Assembly: GCA_050575255.1 (NCBI GenBank)
Contig: JBNZDD010013588.1
Coordinates: 1,675,004 to 1,739,003, forward strand
Direction: 5' to 3'
DNA from: Harriotta raleighana
Lineage: Eukaryota
Length of the DNA: 64,000 nt
How positions within the stretch are numbered: position 1 is the first letter of the stretch; each line of letters opens with the position of its first letter. Shown here piece after piece: positions 12,583 through 25,631 of this stretch. A program made the translations under genes and the position numbers. The notes under the pieces are model-generated. The model was given only the letters and a program-made list of their open reading frames with translations, did no database searches and was not told the origin of the DNA.

Positions 12583-13984
12583 ACATTGGCAGCTCAGATT
12601 CATCGTAACTGTTGCCCCGAACACTGACGGAATCCCAGAGAGTGCGTTGGCAGACAACTGCTGGAGTTTAATCAGCTGAAACCACATCGTGTGCCCAACG
12701 CGGGTGCTGTTTGCCAAGCTTCCCGTGGCTTTGCCTACTCTCGCAAGGCTCTTAGGGAGACAAGTCGGACCAATCCGTGTGCCCCAGGGATCGAACGGAT
12801 GTCTGCTTCGCACTAGCTCGGAGGAGTTGGCGGCTTCTTAGCTCAGTGGTTCGAAAGCAAAAACAACACGGATAAAAAAAAACTAAAAAAAAGCACATGG
12901 ACAAAACCCTTGGAAAAAAGGCTTGCGAAAACAGCTATTTATAAACTAACGTGAGCGCTGGGGAAATAAGCTGCCACCCCCCTCCCCCCCCCTCCAACTC
13001 CCCCCGCCCCCCCAGCCCCAAACAGCCCAGAGCAACGGCACTTTCCAATCCAGGATAGGTCTAAAGCTAAAGCCAAAACAGAAACAGATGCCCTTGCAGA
13101 TGTTAAAAGCATCACAATCAAATTCCGTTCACATTCGAAACAAATGTACTCTGCATCAACAGCAAGTTCGGGGGAATTGAGGTTTTGGCTTCTCGGCGAG
13201 GTTAATGCCACCTCAGTTCCTCGTGGGTTCGCTTCCAGCAGGAACAGTTCCACAGCATACTTGAACTGCAATCAAACTTACAGTAGATGATGTCCTGAGC
13301 AGAATGCAAATTGCAACGCATTGGAATATTTCCTCCGCACAAACTTAAGAGGTATATATTTATGTATATTTAAAAAAGAGACCCAGTCACGAGAACCCGA
13401 GCCTATCGTGCTTTCCGTCTACTCAGAGTGAATGGCAACAACGACTTGCGTTTTATACGGCAGCCCTCGTCGCAATGTGGGGTCGCGGATNATACACAGT
13501 CAATTCACTTTGCAGCATATTCTGTGAAGCGCTTTGAGACATTGATAAGATGTGGAAAGCGCTGTATCAAAATGAAAGGACTATTATTATAACATTGGCA
13601 GCTCAGATTCATCGTAACTGTTGCCCCGAACACTGACGGAATCCCAGAGAGTGCGTTGGCAGACAACTGCTGGAGTTTAATCAGCTGAAACCACATCGTG
13701 TGCCCAACGCGGGTGCTGTTTGCCAAGCTTCCCGTGGCTTTGCCTACTCTCGCAAGGCTCTTAGGGAGACAAGTCGGACCAATCCGTGTGCCCCAGGGAT
13801 CGAACGGATGTCTGCTTCGCACTAGCTCGGAGGAGTTGGCGGCTTCTTAGCTCAGTGGTTCGAAAGCAAAAACAACACGGATAAAAAAAAACTAAAAAAA
13901 AGCACATGGACAAAACCCTTGGAAAAAAGGCTTGCGAAAACAGCTATTTATAAACTAACGTGAGCGCTGGGGAAATAAGCTGCC

Positions 13985-14022
<38 letters not shown>

Positions 14023-14499
14023 AGCCCCAAACAGCCCAGAGCAACGGCACTTTCCAATCCAGGATAGGTCTAAAGCTAAAGCCAAAACAGAAACAGATGC
14101 CCTTGCAGATGTTAAAAGCATCACAATCAAATTCCGTTCACATTCGAAACAAATGTACTCTGCATCAACAGCAAGTTCGGGGGAATTGAGGTTTTGGCTT
14201 CTCGGCGAGGTTAATGCCACCTCAGTTCCTCGTGGGTTCGCTTCCAGCAGGAACAGTTCCACAGCATACTTGAACTGCAATCAAACTTACAGTAGATGAT
14301 GTCCTGAGCAGGATGCAAATTGCAACGCATTGGAATATTTCCTCCGCACAAACTTAAGAGGTATATATTTATGTATATTTAAAAAAGAGACCCAGTCACG
14401 AGAACCCGAGCCTATCGTGCTTTCCGTCTACTCAGAGTGAATGGCAACAACGACTTGCGTTTTATACGGCAGCCCTCGTCGCAATGTGGGGTCGCGGAT
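12483..14499. repeat. About 1.0-kb tandem duplication (12483-13490 / 13492-14499) joined by a single n; probable assembly artefact
   Basis: Offset 1009, n at 13491; differences seen only in a poly-C run and one base. Confidence 0.85.
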
Positions 14500-15689
14500 C
14501 GCTTGAGGTTGGTGGAGAACGACACCGAGCCGGGTGGGGGGATAGGGGGTGCAGGGAGGGGGTGGGGGAGGTGACACTAGATGCGGTCGAAGGGAAGGTG
14601 CGAGATAGGGAAGAGAGGGGGCAAGGCAAGGAACAATCCTCGTATTTGAGGTTGGATTAATCCGACAAGGGCTGGTGGTGGATGGAACTAACTCTGCTGT
14701 GCGCAATTGGCTGCTGTGTTCCGCCCACAAAGTATACAGTCAATTCATTTTACAGTATACCCTGTGAAGCGCTTTGAAAACGTCTAGAAGACGTGAAATG
14801 CGCTGTATCAAATGCAAGGATTAATCATCATAACCTCCCCGAGAACCTTGATTTACAAACAAACAATCAAACAAGCAAAATTGCTTTATAGAGCGCCCTT
14901 CACATCGAGAGGACGTCCCAAGGAGCTGATCAGTCAATGGTGGGGACCTGAGCATGGGGGAGAAGGGCCTGAGTTAGGAGGGGAGGGGAGGCGAGGGAGT
15001 TAGTTGGGAGAGCGGGTCTTGAGACCGGCCATGAAGGAGGCGAAGGAGGAATCGAGCAGGAAAGGGAGTGTGGTACAGAGTTCCAGAGATTTACTACACC
15101 TCTGAGAATCCAGCGCTCGCTCCTCCGGTAACGCACTTGCTGCATTAGGTAAAGCCTGAGAGTTCGAGGCCTTGATACGGGTCTGAACCTACAAACCATC
15201 TGACTCAGAGGCGAGAGAGAGTTACCAATTGAGCTAAGATGACATCCCTCCACCCCACACCCCCACCCCCCCAGTGTTGGCCCAAAGCTCTGTGCTGTTA
15301 AATCTCCAATGTCCCTTCCCACCTGCATTCCTCCAGCCCTCCCACACTCGCACACAGAACCGCACGGGAACACGAAAATCCCAAAAACGTGGGAGTCGGG
15401 AGATGATGTTAACGGTAATTTATTATAATTGTGTTATTCTTAGAAGAGGCTGGCGACAAAACTCCCTCCATGATGGACAGTCTATCAGGCAACTTACCAC
15501 CAGTTCACAATGAACAGGAAACCATCTGTTAACGACATTACTTCGCCTGGCCTGTTAAGTTCTGTTTAGACGTGTTACTTAATATCTGAATTGCTTTATG
15601 ACAACCTTCCAAGTCCTTGTTCCACAATGAGGATTCTCAGTGACTGTAAACTCGAAGGCAACAGCTAGCGAACGTTTCTGCTTCTCTGG

Positions 15690-16038
15690 ATGATGATAAT
15701 AATGATAATAATCCTGGCATTTGATACAGCGGCTTTTCACATCTTATCGACGTCTCAAAGCGCTTCACAGAATATACTGTAAAGTGAATCGACTGTATCT
15801 ATTTGTGGGCGAAGCGCACAGCAGCGTCCCCCCCCCCACACACACACAGTCGTGGATTGAAATGACCAATTTTATTATTGTGGGTTTTTTGGGGGAAGAC
15901 GGATTATTATTAGGCGCGTGCGTGCGTGTGTGCGTGGAGTAAGGAAACTTGCCTAAGATTTCACACTGATCTGCCTGGATTCGAACACAGGTCTCACACG
16001 CTTGTAAGACGACTGAGTGCTCTAACCACTGAGCTACA
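15690..16038 (-). mobile_element. tRNA-derived SINE, full length
   Basis: Same family, reverse orientation. Confidence 0.9.
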
Positions 16039-16686
16039 CGTGATCCAACAACAACAACAACTTGCATGTATGCCACGTCCTTCATGTCGGGTGCCGGGTT
16101 ACTAACATGCTCAGTCCCATTTCCTCCTTAATGTCCTCGCTTCCCAGGGATGAACCCGTGGGCTAATTGGAAATCGGAGGCATGGAGCTCGTTCTCCTTT
16201 GTATCACACAAAGTGGGACAACCATTCTCTTCTCATTTACCTGCCGACGCCTCGCCCGCTTTGTACGTTAAGCGAACACGTTTAGATTCAATCTCAGTTA
16301 AGATCGAGTCCACGTTGGAGAGAGGTATAGTAAAACCAACGCTGGGGATAAGGAGTATCGGTTACAAGCGCAGATGAATGGGGCCTTTCATGGACGGGGG
16401 CCCTCTGAGATACGCAATTATTTTACTTCCCTTTCCTCTGTTCCCCCCCTCCCCTCCATCTTCCACATCCCCCCACCCCAACTGAGTACAGAGAAGAACC
16501 TTCAAAGAAGGTGAGAGAGCGAGAAATAGATACATCAATTGACTCATAGTCACACACACACACACTAACACAGTTAGTCAAACTTAACAGTTGTCAAACT
16601 ACTATAACGATCTATCTGGGGGTGGGGGGGGGGGGAGCGGCTTGAAGGGTATCCCTATGCTACAAATATACAGTCAATTTTCCTAT

Positions 16687-19600
16687 TCCTTCCCACTACC
16701 ACGACCCCTCCCCCCCTGCTCTGGCCCCTATCCTTTTCCCCCCTTTCTTCCCCCTTTTTTCTCCCTACCCCTCCCCCTCCCCCCTCCCTCCCCCGCTCTG
16801 GTCCCTACGTTGGGATGTTGTCGTATTCTGTAAAGTGCTTTGGGACGTCAATAAGATGTGGAAAGCGCTATATAAATTTAAGGATTATTATTATTATAAT
16901 AATAACTGGAGGGACTTAAAAGCAGAAGTAACATCTCATGGGGCTTCCTACTCAATGGATAAGGCCAGCAGCGCTTTGTAACTGATGCACCTAAAACAAG
17001 CGCAGAAATCATCCCTTATAATACGAGCATTGAACTTCCAGTGCCTTCCCTAATGAGAGTCTGTTGAAATACAGTACTCGATATCCGCTGCCGTATCTAT
17101 GCATTTAATCTCTTTCTTCTGGAGTACGAACATTGATCGCTGGCAACCCGCAGAGAACTCTTCTCTCCCTCTCCTCTTCCACCACTCCACCACGCCCCCC
17201 ACCCCCCCCCACCTCCCCCCGAATAACTTTCCCATTAAAAAGATTTCAAAAAATCCCATTCACAAAAGCTGTTGGGGGAAAAAAATGCAAATCAAAGCCT
17301 GAACTCTTCCTGTTCAGGTTGTTTGGAAAGTGTTTAAAGAAGTTCCTGTGAGCGGGGGACAGAAGTGTGAGCGCTATGTGAGCTGCCTTTCATTTTTTTT
17401 TCTCTGATTAAAAAGCAATCACATTTCACTCGGTCGTCGGAGATAAGCTCCCTTTGATGGTGGATTTCGACATCCACTGCTGAGGAATGTGCTGTTTACC
17501 GCAAGCGAGCGAAACAAGGAGGAAAGGGTTTCCTAAAGGGAGAGAGCACGGAGGCTTTCAACATCCCGTCTCGTCCTCCCCCTTCCTCCTCCTCTCCCGA
17601 AGGCGTCCATCCCTGCTGGGGTAAAGGGAGTCCTCGCTTCCCTCAGTCTGGCTCAGTCAATCACACCTCTGTCTCTGGCTCGGGAGTTTGTGGGTTCACG
17701 CCCCCCCCACGAAACACACAGACACATTCGCCACCCCCACACACAAAAACACAAGACACTCTGCTTTACAGTATAATCTGGTGAGGAGAGCTTTGAGAGC
17801 GTCCTTCCTTAGTAAAATACTATAATTATTATAATAATCCTTGCATTTGATATAGAGCTTTACGCATCATATCGGCGTCTCAAAGCGCTTCACGGAATAT
17901 ACTGTAAAGTGAGTTGGCTGTATATATTTGTGGGTGAAACGCAGCAGCCAATTGCGCACAGCAGCGTCCCCCACAAACGGTGGCGGATTGAAATGATCAA
18001 TTTTTATTGTTGTGTTTTTTTTGGGAGGATTATTAGGTATGTGGTGCGTGTGTTTGTGGAGTAAGGAAACTTGCCCCAAGTTTCGCCCTGACCTGACCCG
18101 CCTGGATTCGAAACACAGGTCACACGCTTGCAAGGCGAGTGCTCTAACCACTGAGCTACAGGACTAGATTCAAAAAGCCGCTGCGTCAAATGTAATCACG
18201 ATAGTAATCCTTGTAGAGTATGACGGTCTAGCATTTTATCATATCGTTCAGACTGTCTCAAAGCGCTTCACAGAATCTACGGCAGAATAAATTGTCNNNN
18301 NNNNNNNNNNNNNNNNNNNNNNNNNNNNNNNNNNNNNNNNNNNNNNNNNNNNNNNNNNNNNNNNNNNNNNNNNNNNNNNNNNNNNNNNNNNNNNNNNNNN
18401 NNNNNNNNNNNNNNNNNNNNNNNNNNNNNNNNNNNNNNNNNNNNNNNNNNNNNNNNNNNNNNNNNNNNNNNNNNNNNNNNACCCCCAAATATACACCTGG
18501 TTTTCCTGCTCTCTTCCCCCTACCCTGACCCCTCTCCTTACCCTCTTTCCCCCTTTCATCCCTGGCCCCTTCACTTCCACGACTGTTTGTTGGACACTGC
18601 TGTGCGCAACTTAGCTGCCGCATTTCGCCCACAAATATACATTCAACTTTCCTACTCCTTCCCACTACCACGACCCCTCCCCCCCTGCTCTGGCCCCTAT
18701 CCTTTTCCCCCCTTTCTTCCCCCTTTTTTCTCCCTACCCCTCCCCCTCCCCCCTCCCTCCCCCGCTCTGGTCCCTACGTTGGGATGTTGTCGTATTCTGT
18801 AAAGTGCTTTGGGACGTCAATAAGATGTGGAAAGCGCTATATAAATTTAAGGATTATTATTATTATAATAATAACTGGAGGGACTTAAAAGCAGAAGTAA
18901 CATCTCATGGGGCTTCCTACTCAATGGATAAGGCCAGCAGCGCTTTGTAACTGATGCACCTAAAACAAGCGCAGAAATCATCCCTTATAATACGAGCATT
19001 GAACTTCCAGTGCCTTCCCTAATGAGAGTCTGTTGAAATACAGTACTCGATATCCGCTGCCGTATCTATGCATTTAATCTCTTTCTTCTGGAGTACGAAC
19101 ATTGATCGCTGGCAACCCGCAGAGAACTCTTCTCTCCCTCTCCTCTTCCACCACTCCACCACGCCCCCCACCCCCCCCCACCTCCCCCCGAATAACTTTC
19201 CCATTAAAAAGATTTCAAAAAATCCCATTCACAAAAGCTGTTGGGGGAAAAAAATGCAAATCAAAGCCTGAACTCTTCCTGTTCAGGTTGTTTGGAAAGT
19301 GTTTAAAGAAGTTCCTGTGAGCGGGGGACAGAAGTGTGAGCGCTATGTGAGCTGCCTTTCATTTTTTTTTCTCTGATTAAAAAGCAATCACATTTCACTC
19401 GGTCGTCGGAGATAAGCTCCCTTTGATGGTGGATTTCGACATCCACTGCTGAGGAATGTGCTGTTTACCGCAAGCGAGCGAAACAAGGAGGAAAGGGTTT
19501 CCTAAAGGGAGAGAGCACGGAGGCTTTCAACATCCCGTCTCGTCCTCCCCCTTCCTCCTCCTCTCCCGAAGGCGTCCATCCCTGCTGGGGTAAAGGGAGT

Positions 19601-20265
19601 CCTCGCTTCCCTCAGTCTGGCTCAGTCAATCACACCTCTGTCTCTGGCTCGGGAGTTTGTGGGTTCACGCCCCCCCCACGAAACACACAGACACATTCGC
19701 CACCCCCACACACAAAAACACAAGACACTCTGCTTTACAGTATAATCTGGTGAGGAGAGCTTTGAGAGCGTCCTTCCTTAGTAAAATACTATAATTATTA
19801 TAATAATCCTTGCATTTGATATAGAGCTTTACGCATCATATCGGCGTCTCAAAGCGCTTCACGGAATATACTGTAAAGTGAGTTGGCTGTATATATTTGT
19901 GGGTGAAACGCAGCAGCCAATTGCGCACAGCAGCGTGCCCCACAAACGGTGGCGGATTGAAATGATCAATTTTTATTGTTGTGTTTTTTTTGGGAGGATT
20001 ATTAGGTATGTGGTGCGTGTGTTTGTGGAGTAAGGAAACTTGCCCCAAGTTTCGCCCTGACCTGACCCGCCTGGATTCGAAACACAGGTCACACGCTTGC
20101 AAGGCGAGTGCTCTAACCACTGAGCTACAGGACTAGATTCAAAAAGCCGCTGCGTCAAATGTAATCACGATAGTAATCCTTGTAGAGTATGACGGTCTAG
20201 CATTTTATCATATCGTTCAGACTGTCTCAAAGCGCTTCACAGAATCTACGGCAGAATAAATTGTC
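16687..20265. repeat. About 1.6-kb duplication (16687-18296 / 18656-20265) across an N gap; probable assembly artefact
   Basis: Offset 1969, gap 18297-18480; identical ORFs listed twice in the track. Confidence 0.85.
17822..18163 (-). mobile_element. tRNA-derived SINE (duplicated at 19791-20132)
   Basis: Same family; lies within the 16.7-20.3 kb duplication. Confidence 0.9.
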
Positions 20266-21540
20266 CGCAGGTTTTAAGGGGCAAAACGCGCTTTGGGTGA
20301 GCGTTCGCACAGCAAAACACACAGTCACTGCACTCGTCAACAATGGCCTGCGAAGGGCTTTTGAGATGTCTTGACATTTATGGGAGCTGGCAGCATACAG
20401 GAGGAATGTTAGTATCAACACATGACACACAAACACTTCTCTCTGAAAAACTTTGCCAATCAGACGCTAAACGCTTTCCTAATAAAGCTCTCCCACTTGT
20501 GAAAAAAAATTGGGAGCCTGGAAAAATGTGTGTGAGAGAAGAGAGGAAATTAGCAAGAGAGAGAGAGAGAGAGACAGAGAAGGGGGGAGGGAGTGAAGGA
20601 AATGAGGTCTGCACACCAAGAGAGTAAAGCCAAAGCGATTAAACTAATCTAATTATAGAGATGTGAAGTGAGTTGACTCACAGCAATGATCCCAGTTGAA
20701 ATATTTGGTTGAATGCTCTCTACTCCCTGGTGTTTTAATACAAACACAGGCATCAGCTGAGAGCTAGTGAGCCGGAGGGAGAGAGTGGGATGGAGGGACA
20801 GACTGCCCTACAGGAGCCAAGACAAGGAATCACCCCCATCCCCACCACCACCCCACTCTGAAATTCCCACTTGCAAGCCAATGGCAACAGTAAATATGCT
20901 ATAGACATGGGAAGAGTCACAGAAATGCGCTATGTGACAAGGGAAACTTTGGCAGAGCCCGGAACAGTAAGTATTTAATCAGCTGCTGGCAGCAAACAGG
21001 GCAAATTCACAGACGAGTGTGAATTGTGTACAGTTTTCCGTCAGCCACCACTCGCGAGCGGTGCACAAACCAACATCTGTTTGGGGTCGTTAACATGTCG
21101 TCCCGAGCAGGCAGATAGAGACATGACCTCAAGTCTAACACCTCATTGGAATCAAGCCGGCTCCGACCATTGAGGAACAGACACGCACGCGCGCACACAC
21201 ACGCACGCGCACTCGCACGCACACACACTGCACAAAGTTAGAGCTTGAGTTAGAGCTTGAATTCACAACTTTCCGGCCTAGTTGGTACCAAGCGAGACGA
21301 GGCTGAGCCTGCAGGCTTCGAATTCCACTCGGTCTTAGCCCGCGAGACCATTGTGTTTTAAGGACGATCCGGATCCTTCAGCGAGAAGTGCGGAAAAATT
21401 TCTTAAAATTCCAGCCCGAAACCTGCGAAGCCGGGTTTGACGCAGTCCCTTTAAAAAAAAAAAAAACCCCAGGCCAAGGCGCGAGATTGGAATTTCGAAC
21501 GGTTTCGACCGCGGCCGAGGCCGGGAGACACGGGACTCAC

Positions 21541-21650
21541 GGTATAAACAGCCTGGTTCACTGTTCAGCTGCATCCAGCCAGAACAACACTTGGAAACAG
21601 GCTGGAGCTCCATACTGTAGACTTGCCTGTGGGCCGTGTAATAGGCTGTC
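21541..21650 (-). CDS. MEGF6: MEGF6 coding exon 3 (EMI domain C-part) TAYYTAHRQVYSMELQPVSKCCSGWMQLNSEPGCLY
   Basis: ttacag| acceptor, C|GTGAG donor, 110 nt, EMI 'CCxGW' motif, phases match exons 2 and 4. Confidence 0.93.
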
Positions 21651-22997
21651 CTGTAATAAGCAAAGACAGAGTTAGCGACTTGGGGCTTTTTTTTTTCGCT
21701 GCCTGCCTTGCAGCCACATCGAAAATGCAACACAGCGAACATTGCAGCTCTCGGAAGAGCCTCTGGGGGAGGTGGGCCCAGGGAATCCTTCCACCCAGCT
21801 TCTGTTAACAATCCCGCGAGCCCAAACCCTAACAGAGCTCCCAATGGATAAAAATAGAATAATACTAATCCTTCCATTTGATATAGCAGCTTTTCATATC
21901 TTATCGACGTCTCAAAGCGCTTCACAGAATATACTGCAAAGTGAATTGACTGTATGTTTGTGGATATGCTATAGAGTTGCCCCAATGCATTCCATCCTGA
22001 CAAATCCATCTCTGCAATGTCCATGTGTATGTAGATGGGAAGCATTGAATTCTCAGTTGGATTTGGATGCTCTTAAACCCGGTGATGGGTTTCCGTAGGT
22101 ATCGGACACAAATTTATTTATATACTGTACATATTTTTAAATCCCTTTAAAGTAATTCCCACTAATTAAGAAAATGCCTGCTTCTTTCCAGTGGGAGGAT
22201 TAAACCTTTTGATATCAGTCCCTGCAACTCCCAGGCGACAGAACAAGTCTCTCCTTTCGTTTCCTCCACACAGCAGGTTAGTCAGGTTCCCAGTGACTGA
22301 TTACCTTCCCCCACCCCCACTCTCGCCCTCCCCCTCCTCCACCCACCCACACACCCATCCATCCATCCATCCATAATTCCCAGCAGGTGACAGACCAATT
22401 ATTGGGAGGATTTAGAATGGTCAAGATTTGGCCCGAGTCAACAAAAGCACAAAGTCATCCAAAAGCTAATCCCTAAACGAGAACCAACAAGAGTCTCTCT
22501 CTCTCTCTCTCCCTCCCCCTCTCTCCCTCCCTCCCCCTCTCCATCTGGGAAGCCCCGTGTATGTTCTGTCCTCCTTCTGTTTGGGGTGATCCTATTTGAC
22601 TCGTGGTTGTGCAACGAAAACCCACAATGTAAGGGCAGGAAGTAAACACGTCCTCGTCAGTGTACACACATTCATAGCAACAAAGGCAGCGCACACATGG
22701 CAACACAAACAGATGTGCACATTGCTGGTCATCAGGCATCGAACGGGGGGAGGTGGGTGGTGGGGGGAGGAGAGAGAGAGCTCATACTATCTCTTACCCT
22801 ACCCCACCCCATCCCGTATAGGAAGGGAGGCAGTAATCTTAAAGGAGGCTGACATAATAACCAACAACAACAACTTGGATTTATATAGCACTCTTCGCAT
22901 GGGGCAGAGTCTCGAAGAGCTTTACAGTGGCAGAAACGGTGGGGGTACCTTCTAATGCGGAAAGATAGCTGTGTGAAGGGTGTTATATGGAGTAGAT

Positions 22998-23315
22998 GGA
23001 GTAGCTCAGTGGTTAGCGCACTCGACTTTACAAGCGAGAGATCTGGGTTTGAGCCCCGGGAGGTCAGGGCAAAACCTTGGGCAAGTTTCCTTACTCCACA
23101 CACCTGATAATAATCCCTCAAAAAAAAACAATAATGAATTGGTCACTTCATCTGTTTGTGGGACGCCGCTGTGCGCAATTGGCTGCCACCTATTCGCCCA
23201 CAAATATACAGTCATTTAACTTGACAATATATTCTGTGAAGGGCTTTCGAGACGTCTGAAAGATGTGAAAAGCGCTATACCAAATCAAAAGCAAGTAGTA
23301 TTATTATTATTATGG
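22998..23315 (+). mobile_element. tRNA-derived SINE, full length (MEGF6 intron 2)
   Basis: A/B boxes, body and tail all present. Confidence 0.9.
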
Positions 23316-24039
23316 TTATTTTCACAATGTAAGTTGTTGTTGTTGTTGTTGTTGTTGTTGCTGTGTGCCCCCTAGTGGTTTCCTGGAGCACTTCAGAAGA
23401 GTAATGCTAGGAATGCGTCCTCCCTGTTCTGCTCCAGATGGGGTGGACGGGGTGGGGGGAAAGGTCGGGAGAAGGGTTGAAGCCGAACATTCTTCATAAG
23501 AGAGATCACTTTTCGCACGAAAATCGCGATACATATTGCGAAATAATAACAATTAAGAAGAATAATACAACCCCATCCTTTAACGTAACTTACAGCAATT
23601 CACCCCAGTGAGGTATTTGGAAATGTAGTGAATGTCATGCGAGACAAGGCGGGAGCTCATCTGTAAGAGGCACCCGAATGAGGCAAATTGCCAATAATTA
23701 CGCTATTTATTTGGGGGTAGATTTGGCAGGGAGTACAAGCTTTCTTCCTTCCCACCTCCCAACAAAAAGTTGAAAATGGAGTTTGGATGGCTAACCCCCC
23801 TCCCCAACTCTTACACACACACAAACAACTCACAAACATGCGTACAACACACACAACATACATGCAACACACATATGCACAACCACACACAACATACATT
23901 CAACACACGCACGCGCATAACACACACATACAAACACACACAAGCCAAAAACCCATTCACTAACACGGCCGCAAATATAATGGGCTTGGGAGCCAATATC
24001 ATTTGTTGCCCAGCCTCCAGGTCCGAGAGAATTACGTAC

Positions 24040-24174
24040 CTTCTTTCGTACCCCACACACCATGCCTGACCCCGACAGCCTTGTTTCCACACTTTGACCA
24101 TCCGAGTGAAGGCCTGGATACACGGCTGCCTGTGCCCAACCATCACCATCTCCTTCTCAGCACAAACATTGGGC
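24040..24174 (-). CDS. MEGF6: MEGF6 coding exon 2 (EMI domain N-part) PNVCAEKEMVMVGHRQPCIQAFTRMVKVWKQGCRGQAWCVGYERR
   Basis: ttgcag| acceptor, AG|GTACGT donor, 135 nt; peptide closely resembles the MEGF6 EMI domain. Confidence 0.93.
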
Positions 24175-24594
24175 CTGCAAAAGGGTTTGGAGCAAACGAA
24201 AGGGATTCAGCGGGAGGCGGGTCCTTTCCGCGAGAGCCAGTCAACGTCATTGACATGTCTGGCGTACTGTGCTTGCTGCTTGACAGATAGAGAGTAGGGA
24301 AAGGCGGGGTAAATATTCTCGCTTTGCTCAGGAATGTTTCAGGGCGAGTAGGATTGACCGCGTGTTTACGGGTGAACTCGGGAGCTAGTTTGCACTACGC
24401 AGCGATGTTCCCATCAACAACTATCGGTGGGAACTGAGCAGTTAGGCAGATTTCAATTCAGTTTTGACGAGTTGTCAAAACACACCATTCGTGGCACGGA
24501 ACTATGAGGAGACGAAGAAGAGAGGGGAAGTGGGGTGTGTGGGGGGGGGGGGGGGTTGGGGGAGGATAGGTGTGAGACATACAACATGTGAGAC

Positions 24595-24925
24595 AAGCAT
24601 GAGACCTGCGTTCGAATCCAGGCAAGTTAGGTGTAGAGTATGTTTCCTTACTCCACACACGTAATAATAATCCGTCCCCCAAAAAAAACTAGAATAAATT
24701 GGTCATTTCAATCCACGACTGTTTGTGTGTGTGTGTGTGTGGGGGGGGGGGGGGGGAGGGGGGGAAACGCTGCTGTGCGCAATTGGCTGCCATGTTTCGC
24801 CCACACTATCTACAGTCGATTCACTTTACAGTATATTCTGTGAAGCGCTTTGAAACACAATCCAGAAGACGTGAAAAGCCGCTATATCAAATGCAAGGAT
24901 TATTATTCGCATTATTATTATATGT
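24595..24925 (+). mobile_element. tRNA-derived SINE, 5'-truncated (MEGF6 intron 1)
   Basis: B-box GTTCGAATCC through (ATT)n tail. Confidence 0.85.
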
Positions 24926-25289
24926 ATGGCTTGAAAGTGCGTGTGGTGCTGGGCGGGGGGCAAGGGGGGAGGGGGGGGGGGGGAGAGAGTAGGGGTAACC
25001 AATAACATAAGCCACACAGAACATGTTGAAGATGCTTGCGTGAGCTATTTCTTTCAGTCGCAAAGTGTTTGAGTCAAACAAAATGTGTAACCATTCACAC
25101 GAGATTCATGTTACAGCCTCAATTGACTGGAAGAAGCAGGTTAGTTGCCGGAACTCGGGACACATGGACCAGGCATGCAGCGTATTGTCTTGACGTATGC
25201 GAAAGTCAGCGTTTCGCCCACAAATAGACAAGTCGATTCACTTTACAGTAGAGTACATTCCGTGAGGCGCTTCGAGACACAGTCCAAAA

Positions 25290-25631
25290 CAGCGGTTCTC
25301 AACCGACATGAGCCCCAGGAGGTGCAAAGTGACTTCCAGGGGGTACAGGTGGGGGTACATTGATTTATTTAGCTCTCTTATTTAGCGTTTTGTAGATTGT
25401 ACATTTAATCGTTATTCCCCTGGTTTTGTATGTGGCTGGTTATTTTGTTACATAAGAAAAGCTTGGTCATAAAATGCAAGTGGAATAAGGGAGGGTGGTG
25501 TGTGTGTGTGTGTGTATGTGGTTGTGTGGTAGGGGGGTGGTTGTGTGTGTGTGTGTGTGGTTGGGGGGGGGTACTCGATAATGTTGAAAATTAACGAGGG
25601 GTACATTTCAGAAGAAGGTTGAGAACCAGTG
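25290..25631. mobile_element. hAT (Charlie/MER5-like) MITE inserted in a SINE tail
   Basis: TIRs CAGCGGTTCTCAACC / GGTTGAGAACCAGTG; degenerate 8-bp TSD GTCCAAAA / GTCTAGGA; SINE tail continues on both sides. Confidence 0.8.

Noticed and set aside
13470-13490. Possible miR-551 (expected in a MEGF6 intron; GCGACCC on the - strand)
   Set aside because: Only the first 7 nt match, the rest diverges and no hairpin is evident. No miR-551 was found in the visible part of intron 4 (1-5906); it may lie outside the window.
10203-14499. Recent segmental duplications as biology
   Set aside because: Single-n joins exactly at the junctions indicate unmerged contig overlaps.
16620-16810. Pro-rich ORF / C-rich tract (also 18481-18790)
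   Set aside because: Looks like a degraded or low-quality read of a SINE near homopolymers and a gap, not coding sequence.
21335-22045. 236-aa minus-strand ORF
   Set aside because: Only 21541-21650 is MEGF6 exon 3; the rest is intron and SINE-tail read-through.
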